DNA of 64,000 nt from an uncultured delta proteobacterium (GCA_963841435.1 CAWJCS010000006.1:1504001-1568000), one strand, 5' to 3'. Positions 42,994-54,803 are shown, numbered from the stretch's first letter. Numbers and translations: made by a program. The notes: a model not told the origin generated them from the sequence alone.

Positions 42994-45122
42994 GCCTTGC
43001 CTCCCCGCTCGCGGCGCGAGCGCCGGCTCACGAAAACACCGGCCGCCAGCACGAGCCCCGGCGCCCCGAAGATCGTCGCGTAAAACCAGGTGAGGTCCTC
43101 CTGCTTCGTGTGCTGGATGCGCTGGTCCTCCTCGGTATTCGGAGGCCCTGCGACGCTCTCCTCGCCGACGAGCCAGCGTACGGCGTCGACGAACAGCACT
43201 TGGTTGGTCACGACCTCGCCAAGCACGAAATCGCTGAGGGCGTCGGCGTCGGCGAGCACGAAGGCGCGCATCTCCTCAGGGCTCGTCTTCGCGGGGCTCG
43301 AGTCGCCCTTCTTGTCGGGCTTGCCCTTGTCGCCCTTCTTCTTGTCCGCGTCGGGCTTGTCGTCGCTCGCGTCCTTCGGGGTCGCGCCCGGCTCGGCCGG
43401 CAACGTCACGGCGGCGGCGACGTTGTAGGTGGTCATCTTTTCGCTGTCGCGGTCGAACGTGAAGTTGTGGTTCTTGTCCGGGAACGTTCCGGAGGCCGCC
43501 CGCACGGCGAAATCGATGCGCTGGTTCGCCGTGCGCGCCTTCTCGAGGTAGCCGGAGCCGAACAAGACGACGGCGGCGCGCGACGCATTGCGGCTCAACG
43601 TCGAGACCGACGCGTGGGAGGAGAAGCTCTGCGTGACGAGTCGCGTGCGGTCCGACTCGTCGCCGCGCAGGCGCACGTGCATGCGCTCGTTCACGAGCTC
43701 GTCCGTACCGTAGGTGAGCCCGACGAGCCCGGCGAGATCGTCGAGCGGGCCGCTGCCGGCCGCGGGCGGCGCCACGGGAGAGGGCTCGGCGGAACCCGAG
43801 CCCAGCGGTGGCGCAGCCGGCGGCGTGGCAGCTTCGCCCTCGGGCGCGGCATGCGCCGTGATGAAATCGCGCGTGGAAAAGGCATCCACGTCGAGCGCCA
43901 AGAAGAGCTTGCCCTGGCGCGCCAGGTAGCGCTTGAGGCTCCCGATCTCCTCCTGTACGAACGGCTCGGTCGGTCCGAGCACGAGCACGAGATCCGCGTC
44001 GTCCGGGACGTCACGACCGAGGCCCTGCGCGAGGCCCAGATCCTTCACGAGGTAGTTTTGGCGCTGCAGGAGGGTGCGCGCGATGCTCGCGCTGCGCACG
44101 CCCGGGGTTCCGGGCTGCGAGCGGGGCGAGTCGTTGAGCTCGCCGTGGCCGACGGTGAGGTAGGCCGTGCGTCGTGCGCGCGCGAGCTTGGTGAGCTGCT
44201 CCTGGAAATCCCGATCCAGCGTCTTGAGCTTGGTTTTCGCTTGAGCCAGCTCGGTGCCGATCACGATCGATTGCGTCGTGGTGCCACGCGAAAGAACGAG
44301 CATGCCGTCCTGCGTCGCGCGGAGGTCGCGAGCGAGCTTGGGTGCGAGCAGCCGATCCTTGACCTCGATCTGGAGCTTCGGCGCCTGCGGGCCGAGCTCG
44401 TTCAGATAGCGCAAGACCTCGGTCTTCACGTCGCTCACCTGCGGAAAGAACGCCACGACGCGCACGGGGTCCGGCAACGTCTGCGCGAGCTTCACCGTCG
44501 ACTCACTGGGGCGCGAGGTCTTGAAATACGAGAAATCGACGTTGAGCTTCACGCCCGACGCCGCATAGACGAAGAGCGCTCCGTAAACGGCGGCGAGCGC
44601 CAGCGTGAGCCCGGCGGTCGCTGCGGCGCGCACCCGCCGGCTCTCGGGGTGCAACGCCGAGCGCATCGAGCGCAGCGCCGTCTCGGCGAAGACCATCGGC
44701 AACGTCGCGACGACGACCAGCGCAACGAAGCTGACGGTCAAGAGCTCCGTGACGCGCGTGCGCGCCGCGTCCGAGAGCGACGGCATGCCGAAGTGCGCCT
44801 GACCCCACGAGGTCGTCAGGCCATAGAGCCCGAGCGCCACGACGCCCGTGACGCTGAGGCCGGCGAGCAGGCGCTCGATCGAGCGTTGTTCGCCGCCCGC
44901 GCGAAAGCGCGGTGCAAAGCGCAAGAGCGTCGCGACGAGCACGGCAGCGACACCCACCCCCGTGACCACGCCGGCGCCGCGTTCGAGCCCGGAAAGCACG
45001 TGCTCACCGAGGTAAACGAAGCCCAGACCACCGAGGTAGAGCGGGAGGACCCAGCCTGGCCCTCGCGCCGCAGGTGCGACGGGCTTGGCGAGCTCCGGCG
45101 AGGCCGTCTCTTTCACCGCCAT
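42990..45122 (-). CDS. GldG-like ABC auxiliary membrane protein
   Basis: N-terminal TMs, D.S...S.PSEST, YLTVGHGE, VPDDADLVLVLGP, N......V.WL, C-terminal TM plus RR. Confidence 0.8.
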   Translation of the reverse strand: MAVKETASPELAKPVAPAARGPGWVLPLYLGGLGFVYLGEHVLSGLERGAGVVTGVGVAAVLVATLLRFAPRFRAGGEQRSIERLLAGLSVTGVVALGLYGLTTSWGQAHFGMPSLSDAARTRVTELLTVSFVALVVVATLPMVFAETALRSMRSALHPESRRVRAAATAGLTLALAAVYGALFVYAASGVKLNVDFSYFKTSRPSESTVKLAQTLPDPVRVVAFFPQVSDVKTEVLRYLNELGPQAPKLQIEVKDRLLAPKLARDLRATQDGMLVLSRGTTTQSIVIGTELAQAKTKLKTLDRDFQEQLTKLARARRTAYLTVGHGELNDSPRSQPGTPGVRSASIARTLLQRQNYLVKDLGLAQGLGRDVPDDADLVLVLGPTEPFVQEEIGSLKRYLARQGKLFLALDVDAFSTRDFITAHAAPEGEAATPPAAPPLGSGSAEPSPVAPPAAGSGPLDDLAGLVGLTYGTDELVNERMHVRLRGDESDRTRLVTQSFSSHASVSTLSRNASRAAVVLFGSGYLEKARTANQRIDFAVRAASGTFPDKNHNFTFDRDSEKMTTYNVAAAVTLPAEPGATPKDASDDKPDADKKKGDKGKPDKKGDSSPAKTSPEEMRAFVLADADALSDFVLGEVVTNQVLFVDAVRWLVGEESVAGPPNTEEDQRIQHTKQEDLTWFYATIFGAPGLVLAAGVFVSRRSRRERGGKA

Positions 45123-45835
45123 CGGCGCGCCTCCAACGTCTTCGTGGCAGCGAGCAGGAAGAAGTAAGTGATGGCGACGTAGTAGGCGACGCCGCGGAAT
45201 TCCAGAATGCCCTGCATGAAAGGCCGGAAGTTCTCGTGATGCAGCGCGAGCCGCGACAAGAACCCGTTGAGCGGCGCCTCCACGACGCGCGCCACCATCC
45301 ACAAGAGCAAGAGCACCCCGAGCGTGGCGGCGCCGATGATGGCGGCCACCACCTGGGAGCGCGCGAGGGACGACGCAAAGAGACCGATCGAAGTGGCCGC
45401 CGACCCGAGCAGCAACAGCCCGAGGTACCCGACGGCAACCTGGCCCCAGCTCACCTTGCCGTTCACGAGGATGAGAAGCGGCATGTAGATCGTGAGCAGC
45501 GTGAGCAGCGCGAGCACCGCGAACGCCGAGAGGAATTTGCCGAGCACGATCTCGACGTCTCGCACGGGCGAGGTGTTGAGCAGCGTGATCGTGCCGGTCT
45601 GCCGCTCCTCGGCGAGCAGCCGCATCGACAGCACGATGGCAGCGATCATCGTGGTGCCGCTCGCACCATTGAAGAATTCCTGGAGCACCTCGGCCGAAAG
45701 CAGCGGCCGCGTGAGGCCGTTCAGGTGAAACCAGAGCCCGTCGATGAGCAGCGCCGCGGCGATGATGGCGGCGCCGAGCGGCGAGCGCAGGTAGGCGTAG
45801 AGCTCGCGGCGCGCGATCAGGAGCACGGCGCTCAT
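45113..45835 (-). CDS. ABC-2 permease (GldF-like)
   Basis: IARREL.AY..SP, MRLLAEERQTGT..L.TSP...IVLGKF. Confidence 0.85.
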   Translation of the reverse strand: MSAVLLIARRELYAYLRSPLGAAIIAAALLIDGLWFHLNGLTRPLLSAEVLQEFFNGASGTTMIAAIVLSMRLLAEERQTGTITLLNTSPVRDVEIVLGKFLSAFAVLALLTLLTIYMPLLILVNGKVSWGQVAVGYLGLLLLGSAATSIGLFASSLARSQVVAAIIGAATLGVLLLLWMVARVVEAPLNGFLSRLALHHENFRPFMQGILEFRGVAYYVAITYFFLLAATKTLEARRWR

Positions 45836-46914
45836 GGGCTCGACTCCTTGCCAGCGCTCGCTCCGGGCTCGCGTTCGTCGGCGGCGTCCGGCGGGTCGCT
45901 CGCGGCCGGCTTCGCAGTGGCGCCTTCGTCGGACGCGGCCGGACGGCGGCGGGCCCCGGGCTCCGTATCGCCGAGTAGCGCTCGGAAGGTGGTCTCGAGA
46001 TCGCGAAGCCGTGTGAGCTCGAGGACGCCGAGCTTGGCCTCGACGAGCGCGCGGCAAACCGCGTCACGCAGATCCGAAATGCTTTCGACCTCCAGGCTGG
46101 CGACGCCCTCGCCGGATTCGGCCCCGGAGTAGGGCTGCACGGCGCGCACGCCCGCGATCGCGGAGATGACCTCGTGCGCTCGGGCTGCGGCCGCCGCGGC
46201 GCTCGCACCGGGCACGCGGACGGTCACGCGCACCGTCAAGCCCTCGCCGATCTGACCGGCGAGGTCCGCCTCCGTGCCGGACCAGCGGATTTCGCCGTCC
46301 TGAATGACGAAGATGCGATCGCAGGTCTCGCTGATCTCGTGGAGGATGTGGCTCGAGACCACGACGGTGTGCTCGCCTTTGAGGCCGCGGACGAGGCTGC
46401 GCATCTCGACGATCTGCAAGGGGTCGAGCCCGGAGATGGGCTCGTCGAGCACGACGAACTCGGGCCGGTGCACGATCGCCTGCGCGATGCCGAGCCGCTG
46501 CCGAAAACCGTGCGAGAGGTTGCCGATGAGGCGACCCCTCACCTCGCCGAGCTCGCAAAGCTCGACCGCCTGGCCGACGCGGCGACCGACGTCGGGCGTC
46601 GGCACCCGCTTCAGCTTCGCGGCGTAGCCGAGATACTCCTCGACGGTCATGTCGTCGTAGAGCGGCGGGCGGTCGGGCAGGTAGCCGACCCGGCCGCGCA
46701 CCTCGTGGGGCCGCTCGACCACATCGAGGCCGCCGACCTTGACCGAACCGCTCGTCGGCAGGAGATCACAGGCGAGCACGCGGAGCGTCGTGGTCTTCCC
46801 TGCGCCGTTCAGGCCCAATAGCCCCACGATTTCCCCCTGGGCGATGCTCGCCGTGAGCGGCCCCACGGCGCGCCGGTCGCCGTAGTACTTATAGAGGTCT
46901 TGGATTTCGATCAC
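45832..46914 (-). CDS. ABC transporter ATP-binding protein (GldA-like)
   Basis: GLNGAGKTT, LSHGFRQR, LDEP.SGLDP, SSH. Confidence 0.92.
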   Translation of the reverse strand: MIEIQDLYKYYGDRRAVGPLTASIAQGEIVGLLGLNGAGKTTTLRVLACDLLPTSGSVKVGGLDVVERPHEVRGRVGYLPDRPPLYDDMTVEEYLGYAAKLKRVPTPDVGRRVGQAVELCELGEVRGRLIGNLSHGFRQRLGIAQAIVHRPEFVVLDEPISGLDPLQIVEMRSLVRGLKGEHTVVVSSHILHEISETCDRIFVIQDGEIRWSGTEADLAGQIGEGLTVRVTVRVPGASAAAAAARAHEVISAIAGVRAVQPYSGAESGEGVASLEVESISDLRDAVCRALVEAKLGVLELTRLRDLETTFRALLGDTEPGARRRPAASDEGATAKPAASDPPDAADEREPGASAGKESSP

Positions 46915-46981
46915 GGGGGCTCCGCCCGTTAGCACAAAAGCTCGCGCGTCTGGACCAGGAACCCCCCCCGGCTATTCCCGA

Positions 46982-48214
<1,233 letters not shown>

Positions 48215-48270
48215 AGGCTCCCGGAGGCCGATTTGCGAACGCCCCGCGCTTTTCCTAAGCTCCCCGCGCC

Positions 48271-48837
48271 GTGAGCAGCAACCTGGGCCCCGTGAGCATC
48301 CGTCAGTTCGGCCTGCGGGTGCTGTTCGCGTCCCTCACGGTCCTGTTCGCCGCTTCGCTCGTCGCCTATCTGGTCACGCGCTACGGCAACACCGTCTGGC
48401 GCACCGCGGACATGCCGGGCCTGCCGCCGGGCCTGTTCGGCAGCACCGCCATGTTGCTCGGGCTCAGCCTGTCGATGCATCTTGCTCAACGGGACGTGCG
48501 CCAGAACCGCACCGAGAGCCTCGTGCGTGACCTTTGGCTCGCGCTCGCGTTCGGCGTTGCGTTCCTGCTCGGGCAAGCGCTGAACTGGAACGTCATGCGG
48601 CGCGCCTTCCACGAGGGCGAGCCCACGATGTATCCGTTCACGTTCTTCATGCTCACGGGGCTGCATGCCGCCCACGTGCTCGGTGGTTTCGTGCCGCTCG
48701 GCATCGTGCTCGGCCGCGCCCGCAAGAAGCGCTACACGAGCTCGCAGCACGAAGGGCTGTCGCTCTGTCGGCAGTACTGGGACTATCTCGGTATCGTGTG
48801 GCTCGTGCTGTTGACGGCGCTGCTCGTCGCGACCTGA
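48271..48837 (+). CDS. Cytochrome c oxidase subunit III family protein (short form)
   Basis: Five TMs, FFMLTGLHAAHV.GG, YWDYL..VW. Confidence 0.8.
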   Translation: MSSNLGPVSIRQFGLRVLFASLTVLFAASLVAYLVTRYGNTVWRTADMPGLPPGLFGSTAMLLGLSLSMHLAQRDVRQNRTESLVRDLWLALAFGVAFLLGQALNWNVMRRAFHEGEPTMYPFTFFMLTGLHAAHVLGGFVPLGIVLGRARKKRYTSSQHEGLSLCRQYWDYLGIVWLVLLTALLVAT

Positions 48838-48921
48838 CCGCCCCTCCGTCGGCCGCCCTGACCCGTGAAACGAGCACGTCGCGATCACGGAGTCGCGAGC
48901 CGGCGGAGCCGCGGGCGGACG

Positions 48922-49566
48922 CTAGGGCGCGAGGCGCTCGGATCGCCAGCCCTCGGCGGTGCGGTGATAAAGGAAGCGATCGTGGAGGCGGTGCTCGCCC
49001 CCGAGCCACAACTCCACGCGTTCTGGCAAAAGCTCGAGCATTCCCCACTGCTCCGGCCTCGTGACCTCGCGGCCGTCGAAGCGTTGGCGCGACGCGGCGA
49101 GCTCGGCCATGAGCTCGGCACGTGACGCAATCGGCTGGCTTTGCGAAGAAGCCCAGGCACCGAGCTGGCTCTCGCGATCGCGCCTCGCGAAGTACGCGTC
49201 GGACTCGGCCGCGGACGCTCGGCTCACGCGCCCTTCCATGCGCACCTGACGCATGAGCGTCGGCCAGAAGAACGCGAGCGCGGCGCGCGGGTTCTCGGCA
49301 AGATCGCGCGCCTTCCTGCTCCCGAGGTTCGTGACGAAGCGGAGCTTTCCGTCCGAGAGCCCCTTGTAGAGCACGATGCGCACCGAGGGCTGCCCTCGAG
49401 CGTCGGTCGTTGCGAGTGCGAAGGCGTCCGCCGGTCCCGGCTCGAGACGCCGCGCCTCGGCGAACCATGCCTCGAACACGGCGAGCGGGTCCGCGCCGGG
49501 CGCCTCGGGGTGGACCGCGGCGCCGGGGGGTGCGCCAGGTGCGGCGGGGCCTTCGGGGGTGGTCAT
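48922..49566 (-). CDS. pdxH: Pyridoxamine 5'-phosphate oxidase
   Basis: LAT..G.PS.R.VL.K, TN..SRK, RQVR.EG, YF..R...SQLGAWAS.QS, HRLHDR, RLAP. Confidence 0.92.
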   Translation of the reverse strand: MTTPEGPAAPGAPPGAAVHPEAPGADPLAVFEAWFAEARRLEPGPADAFALATTDARGQPSVRIVLYKGLSDGKLRFVTNLGSRKARDLAENPRAALAFFWPTLMRQVRMEGRVSRASAAESDAYFARRDRESQLGAWASSQSQPIASRAELMAELAASRQRFDGREVTRPEQWGMLELLPERVELWLGGEHRLHDRFLYHRTAEGWRSERLAP

Positions 49567-49636
49567 CGGGAAGGAACGGACGGGGGCGAGCGTAGCACTC
49601 GAAGACCGTGTACTATCGATGACCATGCTAGGCAGA

Positions 49637-49885
49637 ATGTTGCCCCAGCCAACCCTTCGCTTGCTCACGAGTGGGCTCTTCCTCGCGCTCGCCTTCGCGG
49701 CCGGCGTCGCAGTGGCGGCCGACTCCAAACTCGACGAGGCGCACGAAAGCACCTCCAAGGCCATCGTGCTGCTAAAGTCGGTGGCAGCCCCCGAAGGCCA
49801 GGACGGCTTCGAGGCGCACCGCAAGAAAGCCATCGACCTGCTCACGCGTGCGCAGGGCGAAATCCTCAAGGCCAAGGGAGAGTGA
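49637..49885 (+). CDS. Small secreted helical protein
   Basis: Signal peptide ending AVA; two-helix body with H..KAI.LL..A..EI. Alternative starts at 49619 and 49625. Confidence 0.55.
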   Translation: MLPQPTLRLLTSGLFLALAFAAGVAVAADSKLDEAHESTSKAIVLLKSVAAPEGQDGFEAHRKKAIDLLTRAQGEILKAKGE

Positions 49886-51067
49886 GCAGAGCCGCCCTCG
49901 TGGCGGCGTCGATCCTGCTCGGGTCCTGCGCCGTCCAGAGCACGTCCCCCCCTCCGCGTACCGGCGCGGCGGCGCCGGTCCCTGTCCAGAACGCGGACGA
50001 CGAGTCGGAAACTTCGACACCGTCCGTCCCGCCGCAAGGAACCGCCGAGGAACCCGAGGCGGGCGGCGACATAGATGAGCCGGACGACGGCGGCGACGAC
50101 GAAGGCGGCTCCATCGCCGGTGAAGAGCGGCCGCACCCCCTCGATGGCTGGAGCGAGCAGCGCATCGCCAACGCCGTAGCGACCGATCTCGCGTCACTCG
50201 GCTCGATGGCGGTCGGCAGCCCCACGGCCGGCATGCTCATCAACGGACGCGCGGCACAGAAGAACGAGCTCTTCGAGCCCGTCGCGCCTGCGACCGCCTG
50301 GGGCACCGAAGAGACGCTCGACTATCTCAGCGCCGCGCTGCGCGAGGTTCACGCCAGGTACCCGGACGCGCCGGCGCTTCCGCTCGGCGACATCAGCGCC
50401 GAGCGCGGGGGCGCGCTCTCGCCCCACGTGAGCCATCAGTCGGGGCGCGACGTGGACATCGGCTATTTTTATCGAGGTTCGGAGCGTTGGTACCAGCGTG
50501 GCACGGCGCAGAATCTCGACATCGAAAAGAACTGGGCGTTCGTGCGTGCCCTCGTCACCGAGACCGACGTTCGAGCTCATCTTCATCGATCGCTCGATCC
50601 AGGTGCTGCTTCGGGACTACGCGCTCGCTCACGGCGAGGACCCCCGCTGGGTGAAGAGCTTGTTCAGCGGAGACGGTGCCGAGCGACCGATCATCCGCCA
50701 CGCCCGCGGACACGCAACGCACCTGCACATTCGCTTCTACAACCCGGTCGCGCAGGAGACCGCGCGCCGCGCCACGGCGCCGCTCGTCGCGCGCGGCATC
50801 GTGCCTCCGGTGCACAGCTTCATTTCACATCGTGCGAAGCGCGGCGACACGCTGGGCAAGCTCTCCAAGCGCTACGGCGTCAGCGTGCCGGCGCTCCGGC
50901 GCGCCAATCATCTGAAGTCGAATCGCATCCGTGAGCGCCGCACGTACCTCATTCCCATCGCCCATCCGCGGCCCGCCCCGCCCTCGCACCGGCTGTCGTT
51001 CCCTCCGCGTCGCCTGCCGCCCGAGGCGGACTCCCGAGCAGCCGAGGCCGCCGTTCACCAGCGCTAG
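49882..51067 (+). CDS. Penicillin-insensitive murein endopeptidase (MepA-like) + LysM lipoprotein, +1 frameshift near 50571
   Basis: LGSC lipobox, G.P..G.L.NG, WGT, GDIS..GG...HVSHQSGRDVD in frame 1; H..HLHIR and LysM (RGDTL..LS.RYGVSV..L...N.L) in frame 2. Confidence 0.8.
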
Positions 51068-51074
51068 TCCCTCC

Positions 51075-51095
51075 GCCCGGAACGGCGTTCCGGGC
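51075..51095 (+). terminator. Hairpin after the MepA-LysM gene
   Basis: GCCCGGAAC-GGC-GTTCCGGGC followed by TTGCT. Confidence 0.4.
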
Positions 51096-51132
51096 TTGCT
51101 AGCTTCCACGACGGCGACTCTGCTAACACGCG

Positions 51133-51987
51133 ATGCTGATGCCCCGCATCGAGCGGCTGATTTTCGCTTGGCTCGCCACGCTGACATTTTGCGCCTGCCG
51201 CGGAGGTCCGCCACCCGACCGCGTGCGGCTCGAGCTCCCGGAACAGGTCCTGTCCTCGGATCCACTGAAGCCGACGGTGCACGTGCGGCGTGGCGGTGCG
51301 TCCGTCTTGCTGGACGAGCCCGCTGAATACTCCGTGATGCCTGCCGAGCTCGCGGCGGTGGCCAAGAACGGCACCGTCACGTGCCTGAAGAGCGGCGACG
51401 GCCGCCTCGCCGTCAGCGTGCAGGGCGTGAAGACCGAGCAGCCGCTCCGCTGCCGCCTCGTCGATCGCATCGAGCTCGGCACGATCGAGACTCTCGACGT
51501 GAGCGGTCCGCCCGTGACGCTCGACATCCGTGTGCTCGACAAAACAGGCAAGCCGCTCGCCGACGTTCCGGTCACGCTGCGGAGTGAAAGCCCGCGCCTG
51601 CTCGGCGCTGCGGGTAACGTGCTGACGCCAGTGTCCGTGGGCGCGACGACCTTCACCGTCGCCGCCGGAACGAAGGAGCGCAAGGTGCCGGCTAGGATCG
51701 TTCGCACACTGACTCCTGAAGCGTTGCCCATCGAGGGAGGGAGACGCATCTCCTACAGCTTGCCCGAGGGTAAGTTCGAGGTGACGGTGACCTTCCCCAC
51801 CGAAAAGACACTCACGGCCGAGTGGCGCGGCGCGCCCTATTGCTCCTACCGCGCGACCTCGCGCGAGCACCATGTGGGCTGCGTGCTGCAGGGCAAGGGC
51901 GGGGTCGTCATCGACAATCCGGCCTTCGTGGTCACCGGCGCGACCGAGGTTTCGGGTGCCGGTGTGACCCTCCGCGAGGTCCCCTGA
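51133..51987 (+). CDS. Hypothetical lipoprotein with Ig-like domains
   Basis: FCAC lipobox; beta-rich segments (A.V..NG.VTC..SG, VLDKTGKPL.DVPVT). Confidence 0.55.
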   Translation: MLMPRIERLIFAWLATLTFCACRGGPPPDRVRLELPEQVLSSDPLKPTVHVRRGGASVLLDEPAEYSVMPAELAAVAKNGTVTCLKSGDGRLAVSVQGVKTEQPLRCRLVDRIELGTIETLDVSGPPVTLDIRVLDKTGKPLADVPVTLRSESPRLLGAAGNVLTPVSVGATTFTVAAGTKERKVPARIVRTLTPEALPIEGGRRISYSLPEGKFEVTVTFPTEKTLTAEWRGAPYCSYRATSREHHVGCVLQGKGGVVIDNPAFVVTGATEVSGAGVTLREVP

Positions 51988-52087
51988 ATCGTTGGACTAA
52001 TTGCCGACCCCGCGGCCGAATGACTCTGAATCGACCCTGTTTTGTCACTTGCTTGTCATAATTGGGAGGACGGGTCACAGTCATGAG

Positions 52088-52276
52088 GTGGAGCGAGGAG
52101 CGACCATCATCCGATTTCCCCTCGAGCGGGTCAGGCGGCCCGTTCGTGAAGGGCAACGGGTGTTCTCGGCGCTCGCCGATGCCGCCACGCTGGAGCGCCA
52201 GGCCTCGCGCCTCGCGTTCCTCTGCACGCTCGTGACCGTAGCCCTCGGCGTCGCGTTGAACGTCGCTCTCGGCTGA
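52088..52276 (+). CDS. Small membrane protein
   Basis: ATIIRFPLERVRRP N-terminus, C-terminal TM; start uncertain. Confidence 0.4.
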   Translation: MERGATIIRFPLERVRRPVREGQRVFSALADAATLERQASRLAFLCTLVTVALGVALNVALG

Positions 52277-52299
52277 CCGGGCGTTCGCCGCGCGAGCGC

Positions 52300-53232
52300 T
52301 CAGGCCCCGTTGCCGTCGAGCTTGCCCTCGATGAGCGCGTAGAGGATCGCGACGGCGGTGTGCAGACGGTTCTCGGCCTGATCGAAGATCACCGACGCGG
52401 GCCCGTCCGCGACATCGGCCGTCACCTCTTCACCGCGGTGGGCGGGCAAGCAGTGCATGAAGATCGCGTCGGGCTTCGCGCGGCGCATGGCCGCGGCATC
52501 GACTCGATACGGCGAGAGCGCCGCATGCTTCGCCGCGCGCTCCTCGTCGGAGTCGCCCATGGAGAGCCACACGTCGGTGTACACGGCGTCGGCGTCGGCG
52601 AGGGCCTCGGCCGGATCTTCCGTCGTGACGACCTCGGCGCCGTTGTTGCGAGCCACGGCGCGCGCCAGGTCGGCGAGCTCCGCGGGGACGGCGTGCCCCG
52701 AGGGCGATGCGAGCGCGATGCGCGTCCCGGCGACCGCAGCAGCCTGCATCAGGCTGACGGCGACGTTGTTGCCGTCACCGAGATACGCGATCTTGAGGCG
52801 ATCGAGGGCGCCCTTCCTCTCGCCGAGCGTCAAGAGATCCGCGATGCTCTGACAGGGGTGATGGCCGTCGGTCAGCGCATTGACGACGGGGATGCTCGCC
52901 GCGTGCGCAAAGCGCTCGACGTCATCGTCCTTGAACGTGCGGATCACGAAGGCGGCACAATAGCGGCTGATCACGCGTGCGGTGTCTTCGATCGATTCGC
53001 CGCGCCCGAGCTGAAGGCCGCTCGGGCAGAGCGGCACCCCGCCGAGACGCGTCACCGCCGTCTCGAAGGACAGGCGCGTGCGCGTCGAGGGTTTGCTGAA
53101 GTAAAGGCAGACCGTTTGGCCGGAAAGCAAGCCGAAGCGCGCGAAAGGCTTGGCCTTGAACTTCGCGGAGCGGCGCAACAGGTAGGCTAGGTCACGCGCG
53201 CCGAGATCGGAGGTTTTGAGCAAGTGCCGCAT
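52300..53232 (-). CDS. argF: Ornithine carbamoyltransferase
   Basis: STRTR, HPCQ, GDGNNV, DVW.SMG, HCLP, QAENR. Confidence 0.93.
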   Translation of the reverse strand: MRHLLKTSDLGARDLAYLLRRSAKFKAKPFARFGLLSGQTVCLYFSKPSTRTRLSFETAVTRLGGVPLCPSGLQLGRGESIEDTARVISRYCAAFVIRTFKDDDVERFAHAASIPVVNALTDGHHPCQSIADLLTLGERKGALDRLKIAYLGDGNNVAVSLMQAAAVAGTRIALASPSGHAVPAELADLARAVARNNGAEVVTTEDPAEALADADAVYTDVWLSMGDSDEERAAKHAALSPYRVDAAAMRRAKPDAIFMHCLPAHRGEEVTADVADGPASVIFDQAENRLHTAVAILYALIEGKLDGNGA

Positions 53233-53339
53233 GGAAAGGGCCGACCCTAGCTCAATTTCGGGGACCCGCCAGCCCACGTACGACGAGTGTTCCGAGCTGG
53301 GATTGAAAGCCTGGCGACGATGCTCTAGCGTGCCCGGCG

Positions 53340-53852
53340 ATGGCCAACCCGACCGCCACGTTCAGCACCTCGATGGGCACCTTCGTCGCCGAAATCTACG
53401 CCGACACGATGCCGATCACCGCCCAGAACTTCATCAAGCTCGCCAAGAGCGGCTTTTACGACGGGCTGCACTTTCACCGCGTCATCGACGGCTTCATGAT
53501 CCAGTTCGGCTGTCCCCACAGCCGCGACCCGAACAGCTCGCGTGCCGGCACCGGCAACGGACCCGACGGCACGATCCAGGACGAGCACCCGGCGAACGCG
53601 AAGATTTCGAACGAGCCCGGCACGCTGTCGATGGCCAACACCGGTCAGCCGAACAGCGGCAGCTGCCAGTTCTTCATCAACACCGTTCACAACTCGTACC
53701 TCGACTGGTTCACGCCGGGGCCGTCGAAGCACCCCGTGTTCGGTCGCGTGACGCAGGGCATGGACGTCGTCGAGAAGATCGGCAGCGCGAAGACCTCGCG
53801 CGATCGGCCCGCGCCGCCCATCAAGATGGAGAAGGTCACGATCGCCGAGTGA
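53340..53852 (+). CDS. Cyclophilin-type peptidyl-prolyl isomerase
   Basis: FYDGL.FHRVI..FMIQ, GTLSMAN, QFFIN, HPVFGRV. Confidence 0.92.
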   Translation: MANPTATFSTSMGTFVAEIYADTMPITAQNFIKLAKSGFYDGLHFHRVIDGFMIQFGCPHSRDPNSSRAGTGNGPDGTIQDEHPANAKISNEPGTLSMANTGQPNSGSCQFFINTVHNSYLDWFTPGPSKHPVFGRVTQGMDVVEKIGSAKTSRDRPAPPIKMEKVTIAE

Positions 53853-53909
53853 CCGCGGGGCCCGTGCTTTCGGGCCACCGCCGATCACGAGCGTGACGCT
53901 CCTTCGCTT

Positions 53910-54803
53910 TCAGAGGCCCACGTCCACGCCATCCGAGCAAACGGCCTCGGGGCCGTGACCGCGGTGCGCGTCGATGAAGTCTCCGAAAGCGGCTTCTTCG
54001 AAGCAATCGGCGACGAGCGTCACGCCCCAGCTCGCCGCGGCCCAGCGCGTGTCGAGCCTGGGGTCGGGCGTGAGGATGAGGCGCGTCTCGCCGAGCGTGC
54101 AGGCGGGGTCGCTTCCCGCGCTCGCGATGAGCGCCTCGGCGCGCGCCACCTCGTCGTCGCAGTCGGTGCAGGAGTAGGCGAGCACCACGGCTCCGTGCTC
54201 CAGCGAGTGCACCCAGAAACCGCGCGGGATCGGCTCCGAGTAAGTCTTGTAGGCGGCCCAGAAGGAGTAGTGCGTGCCCGACGACGGCGGGTTCGTCCGA
54301 TACGCGACCTCGAGGCATGGATCGACGTGAAGCGCAGGATCGGGCGTGAACGTGCGCTCGACGGCGCCGCACGTGCTGCCCGCAACGGCCACGTCCGAAA
54401 GCGGAGTGGCCGGGTCGCTCGGCGTGCCCGAGCCGGTGGTGAGCGGACCCGTGAGCAGACCGCAGTAGCCCGAGGGCGCGCCGCCCGCGCCAGCGTCCGC
54501 CGCGCCGCCAACCTCCGCGCCACCCGTGCCCTGGTCTTGTCCACCCTCACCTGCCCCAGGAGCGCCTGCCTCGGGGGCGCCGCCCGTGCTGCCGGCGCTA
54601 CCGCCACTGCTGCCGCCAGCGGCGCTGCCGGCCGTGCCGGCTCGGCCGCCGGCTCCGCTCCCACTCCCGGAAGCACCGCCCCCGCCGCCCCCGCCCGCCG
54701 CTCCGCCCGCGCCGCCGGACCCGGGTGCCGGCGCGGGGTTGTCCGCGCGGCCGGAACAAGCGAGCATGAAAGACACCAGGACCGAGAGCGCGGCGCGACG
54801 CAT
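53910..54803 (-). CDS. DUF3105 domain lipoprotein
   Basis: MLAC lipobox, Gly linker, NPPSSGTHY, VHSLEHGAV, AAASWG, GPE. Confidence 0.75.
   Translation of the reverse strand: MRRAALSVLVSFMLACSGRADNPAPAPGSGGAGGAAGGGGGGGASGSGSGAGGRAGTAGSAAGGSSGGSAGSTGGAPEAGAPGAGEGGQDQGTGGAEVGGAADAGAGGAPSGYCGLLTGPLTTGSGTPSDPATPLSDVAVAGSTCGAVERTFTPDPALHVDPCLEVAYRTNPPSSGTHYSFWAAYKTYSEPIPRGFWVHSLEHGAVVLAYSCTDCDDEVARAEALIASAGSDPACTLGETRLILTPDPRLDTRWAAASWGVTLVADCFEEAAFGDFIDAHRGHGPEAVCSDGVDVGL

Noticed and set aside
42990-46208. 1072-aa ORF as a single protein
   Set aside because: The first ~360 aa overlap the permease and ATPase genes in another frame; the real start is MAVKET at 45122.
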